NCBI GenBank assembly: GCA_963422645.2
Contig: CAXXVO010000008.1
Coordinates: forward strand, 128,001 to 192,000
From: Alphaproteobacteria bacterium
GTDB taxonomy: Bacteria > Pseudomonadota > Alphaproteobacteria > UBA828
DNA: 64,000 nt
Reading direction: 5' to 3'
The notes beneath the pieces were generated by a model. It worked only from the letters and a program-made list of their open reading frames with translations. It was not told the DNA's origin and searched no databases. The stretch's first letter is position 1. Each line of letters opens with the position of its first letter. The translations under genes were made by a program, and so were the position numbers. Of this stretch, positions 1 to 12,320 are shown piece after piece.

Positions 1-381
1 ATCTCGCGAGCCTGGGACCGCATCCTCGAACGTGCCATCGCCTCTCACGAAGAAATGCCACCGCTCCAGACCGGAAAGCGCGGACGACAAAAGCGCCGCA
101 TCGGTCACAACCTCGCCCTCCGACTCCAGAAGTACAAGGAGGGGTGCCTGCGCTTCCTCACCGATCCGCGAACCCCCTTCTCCAACAACGAGGCCGAGCG
201 CGACCTCCGAATGGGCAAGCTGCGCCAGAAAATCTCAGGCGGCTTCCGCTCGATACAAGGCGCCCGCGACTTCGCAAACCTGCGATCCGTCATCGCCACC
301 GCTCGAAAACAGCGCTGGAATGTCCTCGAAACCCTGGCGCACCCCGATCCAATCCAGCTGATCCCCGTATTGCGCTTCTGA
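1..381 (+). CDS. IS66-family transposase TnpC, C-terminal part (runs off window start)
   Basis: Frame open from base 1; contains the IS66 C-terminal motif NNEAERDLRMGKLRQKISGGFRS; paralog of 17867-19372. Confidence 0.9.
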   Translation: MSRAWDRILERAIASHEEMPPLQTGKRGRQKRRIGHNLALRLQKYKEGCLRFLTDPRTPFSNNEAERDLRMGKLRQKISGGFRSIQGARDFANLRSVIATARKQRWNVLETLAHPDPIQLIPVLRF

Positions 382-483
382 AATCCTGCGCTGCTCCGGG
401 AAAGCGCCGCCTGACCCCTGGCTGGTCAGAACCATCAATCCATCACGTCCGAGTGCTCGGCAGAATCAGACCTGGGCAGTTAC
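1..483 (+). mobile_element. IS66-family element, right portion
   Basis: Ends in ACCTGGGCAGTTAC (470-483), identical to the terminal IR of the IS66 at 17599-19486. Confidence 0.8.
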
Positions 484-586
484 AATATGTATGCGTTGGC
501 AGCTAAATGCCTGCCTTGCGCGTGCGCCGGCCGGCTCGGCGCGCGTGCGGTCGGCTGTGCGGCGACGCGATGTGCTATCGTGAGTC

Positions 587-1777
587 ATGACTCGTTCCGG
601 CGCCCGCGACGTGGCGCTCCTCGCCACCTGCCAGGCGCTCTTCCTCACCTCGATGTCCGCGGTAATCGCCGCGGCCGCCCTGATCGGGCACGGGCTCGCC
701 GAGACGAAGGTGCTGGCGACGCTCCCCATCGGCATCCAATTCGTGATGACGATGGTGACGACCGTGCCGGCGTCGCTCCTCATGAAGCGCATCGGGCGGC
801 GCGACGGCTTTACCGTGGGCTCCACCATCGGGCTTGCCGGCGCGCTCTTCGGCTTCTGGGCGATCATGGATGGCAGCTTCACGCTCTTCTGCGTCTCGCT
901 CGGGCTGATCGGCGGGGCCAACGGCTTCGCCCAGTACTACCGCTTTGCCGCGGCAGACGCGGCGAGCGAAGCCTTCAAGAGCCGGGCGATTTCTCTGGTG
1001 CTGGCAGGCGGCGTGATCGCCTCGGTGGGGCCCCTGCTCGCCGACTGGTCCAAGGACCTCTTCGCGCCGATCGCCTTCGCAGGCGTGTTCGCCGCCGTGG
1101 CCGCGCTCTACGTCGCCACGCTCGTGGTCCTGCGCTTCATCACAATTCCGCCGCCCGACGAAGAGGAGCGCAGCGGCGCGGGCCGCCCCCTGCTCACGAT
1201 CATGCGCCAGCCGACATTCATCATCGCGGTGCTTGGCTCGCTGGTCGGCTACGCAATGATGTCGCTGCTGATGACGGCGACGCCGCTCGCCATGATGTTC
1301 TGCGGCTTCGGATTTTCCGATTCCGCGCAGACGATTCAGTGGCACGTGCTCGGCATGTTCGCGCCCGCCTTCGTCACCGGCTATCTGATCAAGCGCTTCG
1401 GCACGAAGACGATCATGGCTTGCGGTGCACTGCTGATTGGACTCTGCGCCGCCGTCAACATCCACGGCATCGAGCTGCTCAACTTCCAGCTCGCCCTGGT
1501 CCTGCTGGGGGTCGGCTGGAACTTCCTCTTCACCGGCGGCACGACGCTGGTGACCGAGATTCACAGCCCGGCGGAAAAGGCAAAGACCCAGGCCGCCCAC
1601 GACTTCACGGTGTTCACCGGCGTGGCGGCGGCGGCGCTGCTCTCAGGCGCGCTGCACGAGGCCGTGGGCTGGCAGACCATGAACTACGCGGTGCTGCCCT
1701 TCCTCGCCGCAGTGGTGATCGGGCTCGCTTGGCTCGGCCTCAGCGGTCGCGCCGCTGCCGCCACTCCGGCCGAGTAG
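587..1777 (+). CDS. MFS transporter
   Basis: 396 aa, about 12 hydrophobic segments, LMKRIGRRDGF loop motif, QYYRFAAAD motif. Confidence 0.9.
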   Translation: MTRSGARDVALLATCQALFLTSMSAVIAAAALIGHGLAETKVLATLPIGIQFVMTMVTTVPASLLMKRIGRRDGFTVGSTIGLAGALFGFWAIMDGSFTLFCVSLGLIGGANGFAQYYRFAAADAASEAFKSRAISLVLAGGVIASVGPLLADWSKDLFAPIAFAGVFAAVAALYVATLVVLRFITIPPPDEEERSGAGRPLLTIMRQPTFIIAVLGSLVGYAMMSLLMTATPLAMMFCGFGFSDSAQTIQWHVLGMFAPAFVTGYLIKRFGTKTIMACGALLIGLCAAVNIHGIELLNFQLALVLLGVGWNFLFTGGTTLVTEIHSPAEKAKTQAAHDFTVFTGVAAAALLSGALHEAVGWQTMNYAVLPFLAAVVIGLAWLGLSGRAAAATPAE

Positions 1778-1807
1778 GCGCCCCGAACATCGGGCGGCGG
1801 CGAACGC

Positions 1808-2056
1808 CTACCCGCCGCCGCCAATCCGGGGTAGGAAGCAGACCTCGCTCTCGGGCGCGACCGGGGCAAACAGGTCGTCCTGGTGGATATGGCCATCCAG
1901 GGCGACGGCCATGCCCTCCTCCAGCTCGCGTCCGATGCCCGCAAAGCGGGCCTCGAGCGCGCGGATGACGCCGCGAACGTCAGCCGCCTCGACCTCGAGC
2001 TCGGTCACCCCGCCGGTGTAGCGGGCAAGGCTCGTGGGCAGGACAACCCGCGCCAA
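1808..2056 (-). CDS. MoaD/ThiS-family sulfur carrier protein
   Basis: 82 aa, C-terminal FLPRIGGGG di-glycine; follows the Mo-enzyme genes. Confidence 0.85.
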   Translation of the reverse strand: MARVVLPTSLARYTGGVTELEVEAADVRGVIRALEARFAGIGRELEEGMAVALDGHIHQDDLFAPVAPESEVCFLPRIGGGG

Positions 2057-2060
2057 GGGC

Positions 2061-4364
2061 TCAGGCGCCGCCCTTGGCCCCGCCGTTGTCGAGCGCTTCG
2101 AGCAGGCGCGGCGGCGACATCGGCAGATCGGTCATGCGCACACCCGTGGCGTTCTCGATCGCGTTGGCGACCGCCGCCATCGGCGGCACGATCGGGGTCT
2201 CGCCGACGCCGCGCACACCGTAGGGGTGGTTCGGGTTCGGCACCTCGACGATGATCGCGTCGATCATCGGCAGGTCTGAAGCCACCGGCATGCGGTAGTC
2301 GAGAAAGCCCGCATTCTCCAGCCGGCCCTTCTCGTCGTAAATGTACTCCTCGTTGAGCGCCCAGCCGATACCCTGCGCGGCGCCGCCCTGCATCTGCCCC
2401 TCCACGTAGCTCGGATGGACCGCCTTGCCGGCGTCCTGCACCGCGGTGTAGCGCAGGACGGTGACGCGCCCGGTCTCGCGGTCGACCTCGACATCGCACA
2501 CATGGGTGCCGAAGCCGGGGCCGGCGCCTTGCGCGTTGATCGACGCGGTCGCCGCGATCGGACCGCCGGTCTTGCCGGCCTGGGTCGCGATCTCGGCGAG
2601 GCTCAGCGGCTCGAAGTCGCCGGCGTTGCTGCCCGATGGCTTGGCGTAGCCGTCTTCCCATTCCACCGCGTCGACCGGGATGTCCCAGGTCTTGGCGGCG
2701 CGCTCGCGCAGCTGCTGGACAACCTTCCCCGCCGCCTCGATCGCCGCCATGCCGGTGGCGAAGGTGACCCGGCTGCCTCCGGTGAGGAAGGTGTAGCCGA
2801 TGGAGTCGGTGTCGGCGACCAGCGGGCGCACCCTCTCCGGCGGAATGCCGAGGGCTTCCGCCGCCTGGAGCTGGATCGAGGCGCGCGAGCCGCCGATGTC
2901 GGGGTTGCCCTCGATCACGGTCGCCGTGCCGTCCTCGTTGACGTTGATGGTGGCGCAGGACTCGCCGCCGATGTTAAACCAGAAGCCGGTGGCGATTCCG
3001 CGCCCCTGGTTGGGGCCGAGCGGAGTCTTGTAGTGGTCGCTGCTGCGGGCCGCCTCCAGCGTCTCAATGCAACCGACGGGCCCAAACTGGGGTCCGTAGA
3101 GCGCGCGGGTGCCCTCCTTTGCCGCGTTCATCAGGCGAAACTCGGCGGGGTCGATGCCGAGCTTCTTCGCGATCTCGTCGACCACGCCCTCCGACGCGAA
3201 CTCGGAGATCGGCGCCCCCGGCGCGCGGTAGGCGGCCACCTTGGGCCGGTTCACCACCACGTCGTAGCCCTCGACCTCGGCGTTCTCGATGTCGTAGGGA
3301 GCGAAGACGCACATGCAGCCCGGCCCGATCGGCGAGCCGGAGAAGGCGCCGGCCTGATAGGCGATCCACGCCTTGGCCGCAGTAAGCTTGCCGTCCTTGG
3401 TGGCGCCCATCTTGATCGTCATGGCGCCGCCCGAGGTCGGGCCGCTGGCACGGAAGACCTCCTCCCGCGACATCACCATTTTCACCGGCCGGCCGGCGAT
3501 CTGCGAGAGCCTGAGCGCGATCGGCTCCAGATAGACCACGGTCTTGCCGCCGAAGCCGCCGCCGATCTCCGACGGGGTCACGCAGATCTTGCCGATGTCG
3601 ATGCCGAGCAGGTTGGCGCAGTAGGCGCGGACGGTGAACTGCCCCTGGGTGCAGCACCAGACCTCGCACTGCCCGTCCTCGCCGGCGCTGGCGACCACCG
3701 CGTGGGGCTCGATATAGCCCTGATGCACCGCCTTGGTGGTGAAGGTGCGCTCGACAATCACGTCGGCCTCGGCGAATCCCTTGTCGAGATCGCCCATCGA
3801 GAAGGTCACCTTCTTGAAGATGTTGGAAGGCGTCTCCGGCGTGGGCTCCACGCCTTCGGTGAACATGTCGTCGTGCAGCACCGGCGCGTCCGGCTTCATC
3901 GCCTCGCGCACGTCGATCACGTGCGGCAGGACTTCGTAGTCGACCTCGATCAGGTCGAGCGCCTGCTTGGCGATGGCCGCCGTGGTTGCCGCCACTGCAG
4001 CCACGGCGTGGCCGTCATAGAGCGCCTTCTCCCGCGCCATCACGTTCTGCGACATGTCGCGGTAGTTGACCGCCACCTCGCCCGCCGGCACCCACTGGTC
4101 GGGAATGTCCGGCATCTCATCGCGGGTGACGATCGCCTTCACGCCCGGCAGTGCGCGGGCCTTGGAGGTATCGATGGAGAGGATGCGCGCGTGCGCGTGG
4201 GGGCTCCGCAGCACCCGGCCCACGATCATGCCCGGCAACGAGATGTCGGCGCCGAACTTGGCCCGCCCCGTTACCTTGTCGACGCCGTCGGGGCGCCACG
4301 GCCGCGTGCCGACATACTTGAGCGAGCCGTTGCCGTTACCGATTTCCTGCTTGGCGGTTGCCAT
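2061..4364 (-). CDS. Xanthine dehydrogenase-family molybdopterin-binding large subunit
   Basis: RSPHAHARI, IGGGFGGK, AYRAPG, EGQMQGG and GVRGVGE motifs. Confidence 0.92.
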   Translation of the reverse strand: MATAKQEIGNGNGSLKYVGTRPWRPDGVDKVTGRAKFGADISLPGMIVGRVLRSPHAHARILSIDTSKARALPGVKAIVTRDEMPDIPDQWVPAGEVAVNYRDMSQNVMAREKALYDGHAVAAVAATTAAIAKQALDLIEVDYEVLPHVIDVREAMKPDAPVLHDDMFTEGVEPTPETPSNIFKKVTFSMGDLDKGFAEADVIVERTFTTKAVHQGYIEPHAVVASAGEDGQCEVWCCTQGQFTVRAYCANLLGIDIGKICVTPSEIGGGFGGKTVVYLEPIALRLSQIAGRPVKMVMSREEVFRASGPTSGGAMTIKMGATKDGKLTAAKAWIAYQAGAFSGSPIGPGCMCVFAPYDIENAEVEGYDVVVNRPKVAAYRAPGAPISEFASEGVVDEIAKKLGIDPAEFRLMNAAKEGTRALYGPQFGPVGCIETLEAARSSDHYKTPLGPNQGRGIATGFWFNIGGESCATINVNEDGTATVIEGNPDIGGSRASIQLQAAEALGIPPERVRPLVADTDSIGYTFLTGGSRVTFATGMAAIEAAGKVVQQLRERAAKTWDIPVDAVEWEDGYAKPSGSNAGDFEPLSLAEIATQAGKTGGPIAATASINAQGAGPGFGTHVCDVEVDRETGRVTVLRYTAVQDAGKAVHPSYVEGQMQGGAAQGIGWALNEEYIYDEKGRLENAGFLDYRMPVASDLPMIDAIIVEVPNPNHPYGVRGVGETPIVPPMAAVANAIENATGVRMTDLPMSPPRLLEALDNGGAKGGA

Positions 4365-4367
4365 CAG

Positions 4368-4847
4368 TTATTCCCCCCTTAGTTCCGCCGCCGTCGTCAT
4401 CACGGCGCGGATGATCTTGTCGTAGCCGGTGCAGCGGCAGAGATTGCCAGCCAGCCAGTAGCGCGCTTCCGTCTCGGTCGGGTTCGGGTTCTCTTCGAGC
4501 AGCGCCTTGGCGGCGACCAGGAAGCCCGGTGTGCAGATGCCGCATTGCAGCGCCGCATCCTCCAGGAACTGCCGCTGCAATGGGTGCAGCGTGTCGCCCT
4601 CGGCCATGCCTTCGATGGTGCCGATCTCGTGCCCCTCGGCCTCGGTGCCGAGCATCAGGCACGAGCAGACCAGGGTGCCATCCAGGGTCACGCTGCAGGC
4701 GCCGCAGTCGCCGGTGGCGCAGCCTTCCTTGGTGCCGGTGAGCTCCAGCTCGTCGCGGAGCACGTCGAGCAGCGTCTGCTCGCCCGAGCAGAGGAACTCC
4801 GTCGGCTCGCCGTTGATGCTGGTGGTGACATGATACTTGGCCATCAA
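4368..4847 (-). CDS. (2Fe-2S)-binding small subunit (CoxS/CutS-like)
   Basis: GCATGDCGAC and QCGICTPG...NLCRCTGY motifs. Confidence 0.93.
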   Translation of the reverse strand: MMAKYHVTTSINGEPTEFLCSGEQTLLDVLRDELELTGTKEGCATGDCGACSVTLDGTLVCSCLMLGTEAEGHEIGTIEGMAEGDTLHPLQRQFLEDAALQCGICTPGFLVAAKALLEENPNPTETEARYWLAGNLCRCTGYDKIIRAVMTTAAELRGE

Positions 4848-5716
4848 CCGTTGCTCCTCGCTCGCTCGAGTGCGATGAGCGCTGCCCGCCTGGCCAGCAC
4901 CCCCGCCACCTTGACCCGGTATTCAATGGTTCCGCGCTTGTCGTCGATAGGATTGCAGGCGGCGCTTGCGGCCGCTGCAAGCTTCGCCAGCGCGTCGTCG
5001 TCCACTCTTGTGCCGATCAGCGCCTTGGCGCCGTCCTCCACCAAGAGCGGCGTCGGCGCGACCGCGCCCAGGCTCAGCCTCGCGTGGGTGCAGACGCCCG
5101 CCTCGTCGAGCGTGAGCGCGACGCCGGCGCCTACCACGGCGATGTCCATCTCGGTACGCGGAATGAAGCGCAAGTAGGCATCGCCCGAGCGCGGCGGCGG
5201 CTTCGGCATGACCAAGGAGACCACGATCTCGCCGGAGCCGAGGGAGAGCTGGCCGGGCCCCGTTATCACGTCTTCCACCGGGATTGAGCGGGTGCCATCG
5301 GGGCCTGCGATCTCGCACACGGCACCGGCGGCGATCAACGCCGGTACGCTGTCGGCAGCGGGCGAGCCGTTGCAGAGGTTGCCGCCGAGCGAGGCGCGGC
5401 CCTGAATCTGGGTCGAGCCGATCAGCTCCAGCGCCTCGACCACGCCCGGCCAGGCTGCCTTTACGGCTTCGTTCTTGCCGAGGGTCGCGCCGGAAACCGC
5501 CGCGCCGACGCGGATCTCATCGCCGCTCACGCTCACGTCCATGAGCGCCGGAATCCGCTTCAGATCGACAACCAGATCGGGCCGCACGAAGTCCGTGCGC
5601 AACTGAACCAAGAGGTCAGTGCCGCCGGCGAGCGGCATGGCCTCGCCGTCGGCGCTGGCAAGAAGCCGGACGGCGTCCTCCACCGTCTCGGGCGCCTTGA
5701 ATTGTAGATTGGTCAT
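4844..5716 (-). CDS. FAD-binding medium subunit (CoxM/CutM-like)
   Basis: LAGGTDL and [15 protein letters not shown] motifs. Confidence 0.92.
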   Translation of the reverse strand: MTNLQFKAPETVEDAVRLLASADGEAMPLAGGTDLLVQLRTDFVRPDLVVDLKRIPALMDVSVSGDEIRVGAAVSGATLGKNEAVKAAWPGVVEALELIGSTQIQGRASLGGNLCNGSPAADSVPALIAAGAVCEIAGPDGTRSIPVEDVITGPGQLSLGSGEIVVSLVMPKPPPRSGDAYLRFIPRTEMDIAVVGAGVALTLDEAGVCTHARLSLGAVAPTPLLVEDGAKALIGTRVDDDALAKLAAAASAACNPIDDKRGTIEYRVKVAGVLARRAALIALERARSNG

Positions 5717-5922
5717 GGGCGAGGGGTTCCTCCTGTTGCCGCGGCACCGGGTTGGCGCCCTCTTTTACCCGAAAAGGCGCTGCGGTTCACAGGGGCAAAA
5801 TGGCGGCAATGGCCGGAGCGCGCCCATGCCTGCGCCTTGCGGCCGGCGGCCCCCGCCGTCTACCCTTGCCCGAACGACGCAAGACCGAGGACGGGCACCT
5901 GGGAGAGTGGGAGCCCAGCCGC

Positions 5923-8067
5923 ATGACTGACTCCACCGAAAAGACCGTCGCCGACTGGGAAGCCTTGGCCGCGCGCGAGCTCAAGGGCAAAGACCCGGCA
6001 GAGCTCGCTTGGGAGACGCCCGAAGGTGTCACGGTCAAGCCGCTTTACACAGCGGCCGATCTGGAAGCGCTGCAGGACCAGCCGGGCCTGCCGGGATTCG
6101 CGCCTTACACGCGGGGCGTACGCGCCACCATGTTCGCCAACCGGCCGTGGACGATCCGCCAATACGCAGGCTTCGCCACCGCCGAGGAGTCCAACGCCTT
6201 CTACAAGCGTAACCTCGCCGGCGGGCAGAAGGGGCTCTCCGTCGCCTTCGATCTCGCGACCCACCGGGGCTACGACAGCGATCACCCGAGGGTTCGGGGC
6301 GACGTCGGCAAGGCAGGCGTCGCCATCGACACGGTCGAGGACATGAAGCGCCTCTTCGACGCTATTCCGCTCGGCGAGGTCAGCGTGTCGATGACCATGA
6401 ACGGTGCGGTGCTGCCGGTGCTGGCGGCCTACATCGTGGCGGCGGAGGAGCAGGGAGTCGGCGCGGAGAGGCTCGCGGGGACCATCCAGAACGACATCCT
6501 CAAGGAGTTCATGGTCCGCAACACCTACATTTACCCGCCCGAGCCCAGCATGCGGATCGTGGCCGACATCATCGCGTACACGGCCGGGCACATGCCGCGC
6601 TTCAACTCGATTTCGATCTCCGGCTACCACATGCAGGAGGCCGGCGCGACGCTGGTGCAGGAATTGGGTTTCACGCTGGCCGACGGCATTGACTACGTGC
6701 GCGCGGCGCTCTCCCGCGGCCTTGCCATCGACGATTTTGCGCCCCGGCTCTCGTTCTTCTTCTGCATCGGCATGAACTTCTTCATGGAGGTGGCGAAGCT
6801 GCGCGCAGCCCGGCTGCTCTGGGCCAGGTTCATGCAAGGCTTCGGAGCGCAGAACCCGCGCTCGCTCATGCTGAGGACCCACTGCCAGACCTCGGGCGTC
6901 TCGCTCGCCGAGCAGGACCCCTACAACAACGTGGTCAGGACCGCCTATGAGGCGCTGGCGGCGGTGCTCGGCGGCACCCAGTCGCTCCACACCAACGCGC
7001 TGGACGAGGCGGTGGCGCTGCCGACCGATTTTTCGGCCCGGATCGCGCGCAACACCCAGCTCATCCTGCAGCACGAGACCGGCGTGCCCCGCGTCGTGGA
7101 CCCGTTGGGAGGCTCCTACTACGTGGAGACGCTCACCGCATCGCTTGCGCGCGAGGCGCAGGCGCTGATCGACGAGGTCGAGGAGCTGGGCGGCATGACC
7201 AAGGCGGTCGCAGCGGGGATGCCCAAGCTCCGAATCGAGGAGGCCGCCGCCCGCCGCCAGGCGCGGCTGGATCGCGGCGAGGACGTGGTCGTCGGCGTCA
7301 ACCGGTACCAGTCGGAGGCTGACGACATGCCCGCCCTGCTCGACGTGGACAACTATGCCGTCCGCGAGGCGCAGATCGCTCACATCGCCGAGGTCCGCGC
7401 CGGGCGGGACGAGGCGGCCTGCCAGGCGGCGCTCGAAGGGCTCACCGAGGGCGCAAGGGGAGACAGCAACCTGCTGGCGCTCTCCATCGACGCCATTCGG
7501 GCGCGCGCCACGGTTGGCGAGATTTCGGACGCGATGGAGGCGGCCTTCACCCGTCATCGGGCGACCGTGCGCACGGTCTCGGGCGTCTACGGCGCGGCCT
7601 ACGCGCAGGACGACGCCTTCCAGACCATCCGGCGGGAGACCGCGCTCTTCGCCGAGGCCGAGGGCCGCCGGCCGCGCATTCTGGTGGTCAAGCTCGGGCA
7701 GGACGGGCACGACCGCGGCGCCAAGGTGATCGCGACCGCCTTCGCCGACATCGGCTTCGACGTCGATATCGGCCCCTTGTTCCAAACGCCCGAGGAGGCC
7801 GCGCAAGATGCGCTGGAGAACGACGTGCACGTAGTCGGCGTTTCCAGCCAGGCCGCAGGCCACAAGACCCTGGTGCCGGAGCTGATCGAGGCGCTGCGCG
7901 CTACCGGCGCAGGCCACGTGGTGGTGGTGTGCGGCGGGGTGATTCCGCCGCAGGACCACGAGTTCCTGCACGAGGCCGGCGTCGCCGCCGTCTACGGCCC
8001 CGGCACCAACATCCCGGCCGCTGCGGCCGACATCATGGCGCTGATCCGCCGGCCCGAGGCGGCCTGA
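5923..8067 (+). CDS. scpA: Methylmalonyl-CoA mutase
   Basis: [25 protein letters not shown]12-binding GQDGHDRG; start placed at ATG 5923. Confidence 0.95.
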   Translation: MTDSTEKTVADWEALAARELKGKDPAELAWETPEGVTVKPLYTAADLEALQDQPGLPGFAPYTRGVRATMFANRPWTIRQYAGFATAEESNAFYKRNLAGGQKGLSVAFDLATHRGYDSDHPRVRGDVGKAGVAIDTVEDMKRLFDAIPLGEVSVSMTMNGAVLPVLAAYIVAAEEQGVGAERLAGTIQNDILKEFMVRNTYIYPPEPSMRIVADIIAYTAGHMPRFNSISISGYHMQEAGATLVQELGFTLADGIDYVRAALSRGLAIDDFAPRLSFFFCIGMNFFMEVAKLRAARLLWARFMQGFGAQNPRSLMLRTHCQTSGVSLAEQDPYNNVVRTAYEALAAVLGGTQSLHTNALDEAVALPTDFSARIARNTQLILQHETGVPRVVDPLGGSYYVETLTASLAREAQALIDEVEELGGMTKAVAAGMPKLRIEEAAARRQARLDRGEDVVVGVNRYQSEADDMPALLDVDNYAVREAQIAHIAEVRAGRDEAACQAALEGLTEGARGDSNLLALSIDAIRARATVGEISDAMEAAFTRHRATVRTVSGVYGAAYAQDDAFQTIRRETALFAEAEGRRPRILVVKLGQDGHDRGAKVIATAFADIGFDVDIGPLFQTPEEAAQDALENDVHVVGVSSQAAGHKTLVPELIEALRATGAGHVVVVCGGVIPPQDHEFLHEAGVAAVYGPGTNIPAAAADIMALIRRPEAA

Positions 8068-8174
8068 CCGGCGCCGGCATTTGATCCGCCCCCGCTTCGT
8101 GCTTATGTGAGATGCGCACCTAACGCGCCCTGAGCCCCGCCGGCCGCGGGGCGAGTCATCGGATTCACGGCCCC

Positions 8175-10067
8175 ATGGTTGCTCTCGATCGCGAGGCCCG
8201 CGTGCGAGGCGCGGGAGAACGCTCGCACCTGCACACCATCCGCACGCTGCTGCCCTATCTCTGGCCGCGCGGCTCGCTGGAGATGCGGGGCCGCGTGCTG
8301 CTGGCGATCTTCCTTCTCATCGGCGCCAAGGTAGCGAACGTCTACGTGCCGATCCTCTACAAGGATGCGGTCGATATCCTCACGGACGACACGGCGGCGG
8401 TCATCGTGGTGCCGGTGGCAATTCTGCTCGCCTACGGCGCGCTCCGGGTGCTCACGGTTGCCTTCGGGGAGCTGAGGGATGCGGTCTTCGCCAAGGTGGG
8501 CGAGCGCGCGATCCGCACCGTGGCGCTGCGGGTGTTCAACCATCTGCACGAGCTCTCGCTCCGCTTCCACATCGAGCGGCGCACTGGCGGCTTGAGCCGC
8601 GCCATCGAGCGCGGCATCAAGGGGATCGAGTTCCTGCTCACCTTCATGCTCTTCAACATCCTGCCGACCCTGGTGGAGGTCACCATGGTCTGCGGCATCC
8701 TCTGGTACCTCTACGGCATCATTTATGCGGCGGTGACCTTCGTCACCATCGGCCTCTATATCGCCTTCACCCTCTCGGTCACCGAATGGCGGCTGAAGTA
8801 CCGCCGGCGCATGAACGAGAAGGACAGCGAGGCCAACACCAAGGCGATCGACAGCCTGCTCAACTACGAGACGGTCAAGTATTTCGGCAACGAGATGCAC
8901 GAGGCGCGGCGCTTCGACATCTCCCGCCAGCAGTACGAACGGGCGGCGGTCCAGAGCAAGACCAGCCTTTCGCTGCTCAACATCGGCCAGGGGCTGATCA
9001 TCGCGATCGGGCTCACCGGCATCACGATCATGGCCGGCAACGAGGTCGCCGCCGGCACCATGACCATCGGCGACTTCGTGCTGGTGAACACTTACCTGCT
9101 CCAGCTCTATATCCCGTTGAATTTCCTGGGCTTTGTTTATCGCGAGATCAAGCAGTCGCTCACCGACATGGAGACGATGTTCGGCATCCTCTCGGTGGAA
9201 CGCGAGGTCGAGGACGCGCCGGACGCGCCGCCGCTCCAGGTCAGCGCCGGGGCCATCGAGTTCGAGGGTGTGCGCTTCCGCTACGAGGAGCGGCGCGGCA
9301 TCCTCGACGGCATCTCGTTCAGCGTGCCGCCGGGCACGAACACGGCCATCGTGGGCGCGAGCGGGGCCGGCAAGTCGACCATCTCGCGCATCCTCTTCCG
9401 CTTCTACGATATCGAGGCCGGCAGCGTCCGGATCGACGGCCAGGACGTGCGTGAGGTGAGTCAGGAGAGCCTGCGCGCGGCCATCGGCATCGTGCCGCAG
9501 GACACGGTGCTCTTCAACGACACGATCTACTACAACATCGCCTACGGCCGGCCCGAGGCAAGCCGAGAAGAGGTGGAGGAGGCCGCGCGGCTCGCCCGCA
9601 TCCACGACTTCATCGCGAGCCTCCCCGACGGTTACGAGAGCATGGTCGGCGAGCGCGGCCTCAAGCTCTCGGGGGGTGAGAAGCAGCGGGTGGCGATTGC
9701 GCGCACGATCCTCAAGAATCCCCGTATTCTGCTCTTCGACGAGGCCACCTCGGCCCTCGATTCGCAGACCGAGAAGGAGATTCAGGCGAGTCTGCGGGAG
9801 GTCAGCCGCGACCGCTCGACGCTCATGATCGCGCACCGCCTTTCCACCGTCATCGACGCCGACCAGATTCTGGTGCTGGACGAAGGGCGCATCGTCGAGC
9901 GCGGCCGCCACGCGGAGCTGCTGGTGCGCGATGGCCACTACGCCGAGATGTGGTGGCGCCAGCAGGAAACCGCCGAGCTCAGGGAGGAGCTTGAGCAACG
10001 CCTCGCCCACGAGGAAGCCCGAACCGAGGAGGCGATGGCTCTGCCCGACGAGGAGCCGACAGCTTGA
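8175..10067 (+). CDS. ATM1/HMT1-type ABC exporter (fused permease and ATPase)
   Basis: DSLLNYETVKYF, Walker A GASGAGKST, signature LSGGEKQRVAIAR. Confidence 0.92.
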   Translation: MVALDREARVRGAGERSHLHTIRTLLPYLWPRGSLEMRGRVLLAIFLLIGAKVANVYVPILYKDAVDILTDDTAAVIVVPVAILLAYGALRVLTVAFGELRDAVFAKVGERAIRTVALRVFNHLHELSLRFHIERRTGGLSRAIERGIKGIEFLLTFMLFNILPTLVEVTMVCGILWYLYGIIYAAVTFVTIGLYIAFTLSVTEWRLKYRRRMNEKDSEANTKAIDSLLNYETVKYFGNEMHEARRFDISRQQYERAAVQSKTSLSLLNIGQGLIIAIGLTGITIMAGNEVAAGTMTIGDFVLVNTYLLQLYIPLNFLGFVYREIKQSLTDMETMFGILSVEREVEDAPDAPPLQVSAGAIEFEGVRFRYEERRGILDGISFSVPPGTNTAIVGASGAGKSTISRILFRFYDIEAGSVRIDGQDVREVSQESLRAAIGIVPQDTVLFNDTIYYNIAYGRPEASREEVEEAARLARIHDFIASLPDGYESMVGERGLKLSGGEKQRVAIARTILKNPRILLFDEATSALDSQTEKEIQASLREVSRDRSTLMIAHRLSTVIDADQILVLDEGRIVERGRHAELLVRDGHYAEMWWRQQETAELREELEQRLAHEEARTEEAMALPDEEPTA

Positions 10068-11062
10068 GCGCGCGCCCGCACGGCCCCGGCCGGATACCGC
10101 AGATCGCCGATATCCTTGGTGGGGACCGGCGGGCGCTGGCTGCGGCGATCACCCTCATCGAGTCGACCCGGGAGGAGGACCGCGAAGCGGCCGAGGACCT
10201 GCTTCAAGCGTTGCTGCCGCACGCGGGCAAGGCCGTGCGGCTCGGCATTTCAGGCGCGCCGGGAGTCGGAAAATCGACCTTCATCGAGGCCTTCGGCACG
10301 CGCGCCATCGCGGCCGGCCGCAGGATCGCGGTGCTCGCGATCGACCCCTCCAGCGAGCGCTCCGGCGGCTCGATCCTGGGCGACAAGACGCGGATGCCCG
10401 AGCTCGCGCGGAGCGAGAAGAGCTTCATACGGGCCTCACCGGCGAGCGGCACGCTGGGCGGGGTCGCCCGGCGCACACGCGATGTCATGCTCGCTTGCGA
10501 GGCTGCGGGCTTCGACCTCGTGATGGTCGAGACCGTCGGCGTCGGCCAGTCCGAGGCTGCCGTCGCCGACATGACGGATCTTTACATGCTGCTGGTGCAG
10601 CCCGGCGCCGGCGACGAGCTGCAGGGCATCAAGCGCGGCGTAATGGAGCGCGCCGACATCGTCGTCGTCACCAAGGCCGACGGCGCGCTCGAAGGACCCG
10701 CCACCCACGCCAAGGCGGACTTCGAGGCGGCGCTTTCGCTCCACGCGGGCGAAGGGCCCTGGACGCCCTGCGTCATCGCCTGCTCGTCGGTGGAAGGAAC
10801 CGGCCTCGACGAGATCGCGGACGCGGTGGAGCGACACCGAGTGGCGATGGCGAAAGCCGGCGCGCTTGAGGCCAAGCGGGCCGCCCAGGCCGGGGCATGG
10901 CTCTGGCGCGAGGTCGAGGACTCCCTCGTGGCGGCGCTCCACGCCGACGAGCGGCTGGCGCCCGCGGTCGAGGCGTCGGAGGCCGAAGTGACGGCGCAGA
11001 CGCTCACGCCCGGCGCCGCCGCCCGCCGCATCGTCCGGCGCCTTCTGGAGCGCGACAAATAG
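10064..11062 (+). CDS. meaB: Methylmalonyl-CoA mutase-associated GTPase MeaB
   Basis: GAPGVGKST, DPSS...GGSILGDKTRM, ETVGVGQSE. Confidence 0.93.
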   Translation: MSARPHGPGRIPQIADILGGDRRALAAAITLIESTREEDREAAEDLLQALLPHAGKAVRLGISGAPGVGKSTFIEAFGTRAIAAGRRIAVLAIDPSSERSGGSILGDKTRMPELARSEKSFIRASPASGTLGGVARRTRDVMLACEAAGFDLVMVETVGVGQSEAAVADMTDLYMLLVQPGAGDELQGIKRGVMERADIVVVTKADGALEGPATHAKADFEAALSLHAGEGPWTPCVIACSSVEGTGLDEIADAVERHRVAMAKAGALEAKRAAQAGAWLWREVEDSLVAALHADERLAPAVEASEAEVTAQTLTPGAAARRIVRRLLERDK

Positions 11063-11150
11063 AGCCCGAGAGCATCCCGCCGGGCGCGCCTGTTCGGATG
11101 GGAGAGCCTTAAGGCCCCCTTCTCACCGATGTCTTGGTGGGAGTTTGGGG

Positions 11151-12137
<987 letters not shown>

Positions 12138-12187
12138 CTAGTGTCGTGGCCCGGAACCAAAGACGAGAAGCTCCGGGCTCTCCTTCA

Positions 12188-12277
12188 CGTCATGGCCGGG
12201 CTTGTCCCGGCCATCCACGAGACCACCCCGACCGTGCCCGTCGCGACAAGATGCCCGGATCAAGTCCGGGCATGACG
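12188..12277. repeat. Alphaproteobacterial REP/RIME-like double-palindrome intergenic repeat
   Basis: CGTCATGGCCGGGCTTGTCCCGGCCATCC ... GATGCCCGGATCAAGTCCGGGCATGACG: two inverted hairpin units between mdh and sdhB. Confidence 0.8.
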
Positions 12278-12320
12278 AAGGGAGGCCAATGCTACTCATG
12301 CGTTTTTCCGGGACGCGACA

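Noticed and set aside
2061-5716. Aerobic CO dehydrogenase coxMSL
   Set aside because: The active-site loop is AYRAPG, not the form I AYxCSFR; substrate unknown.
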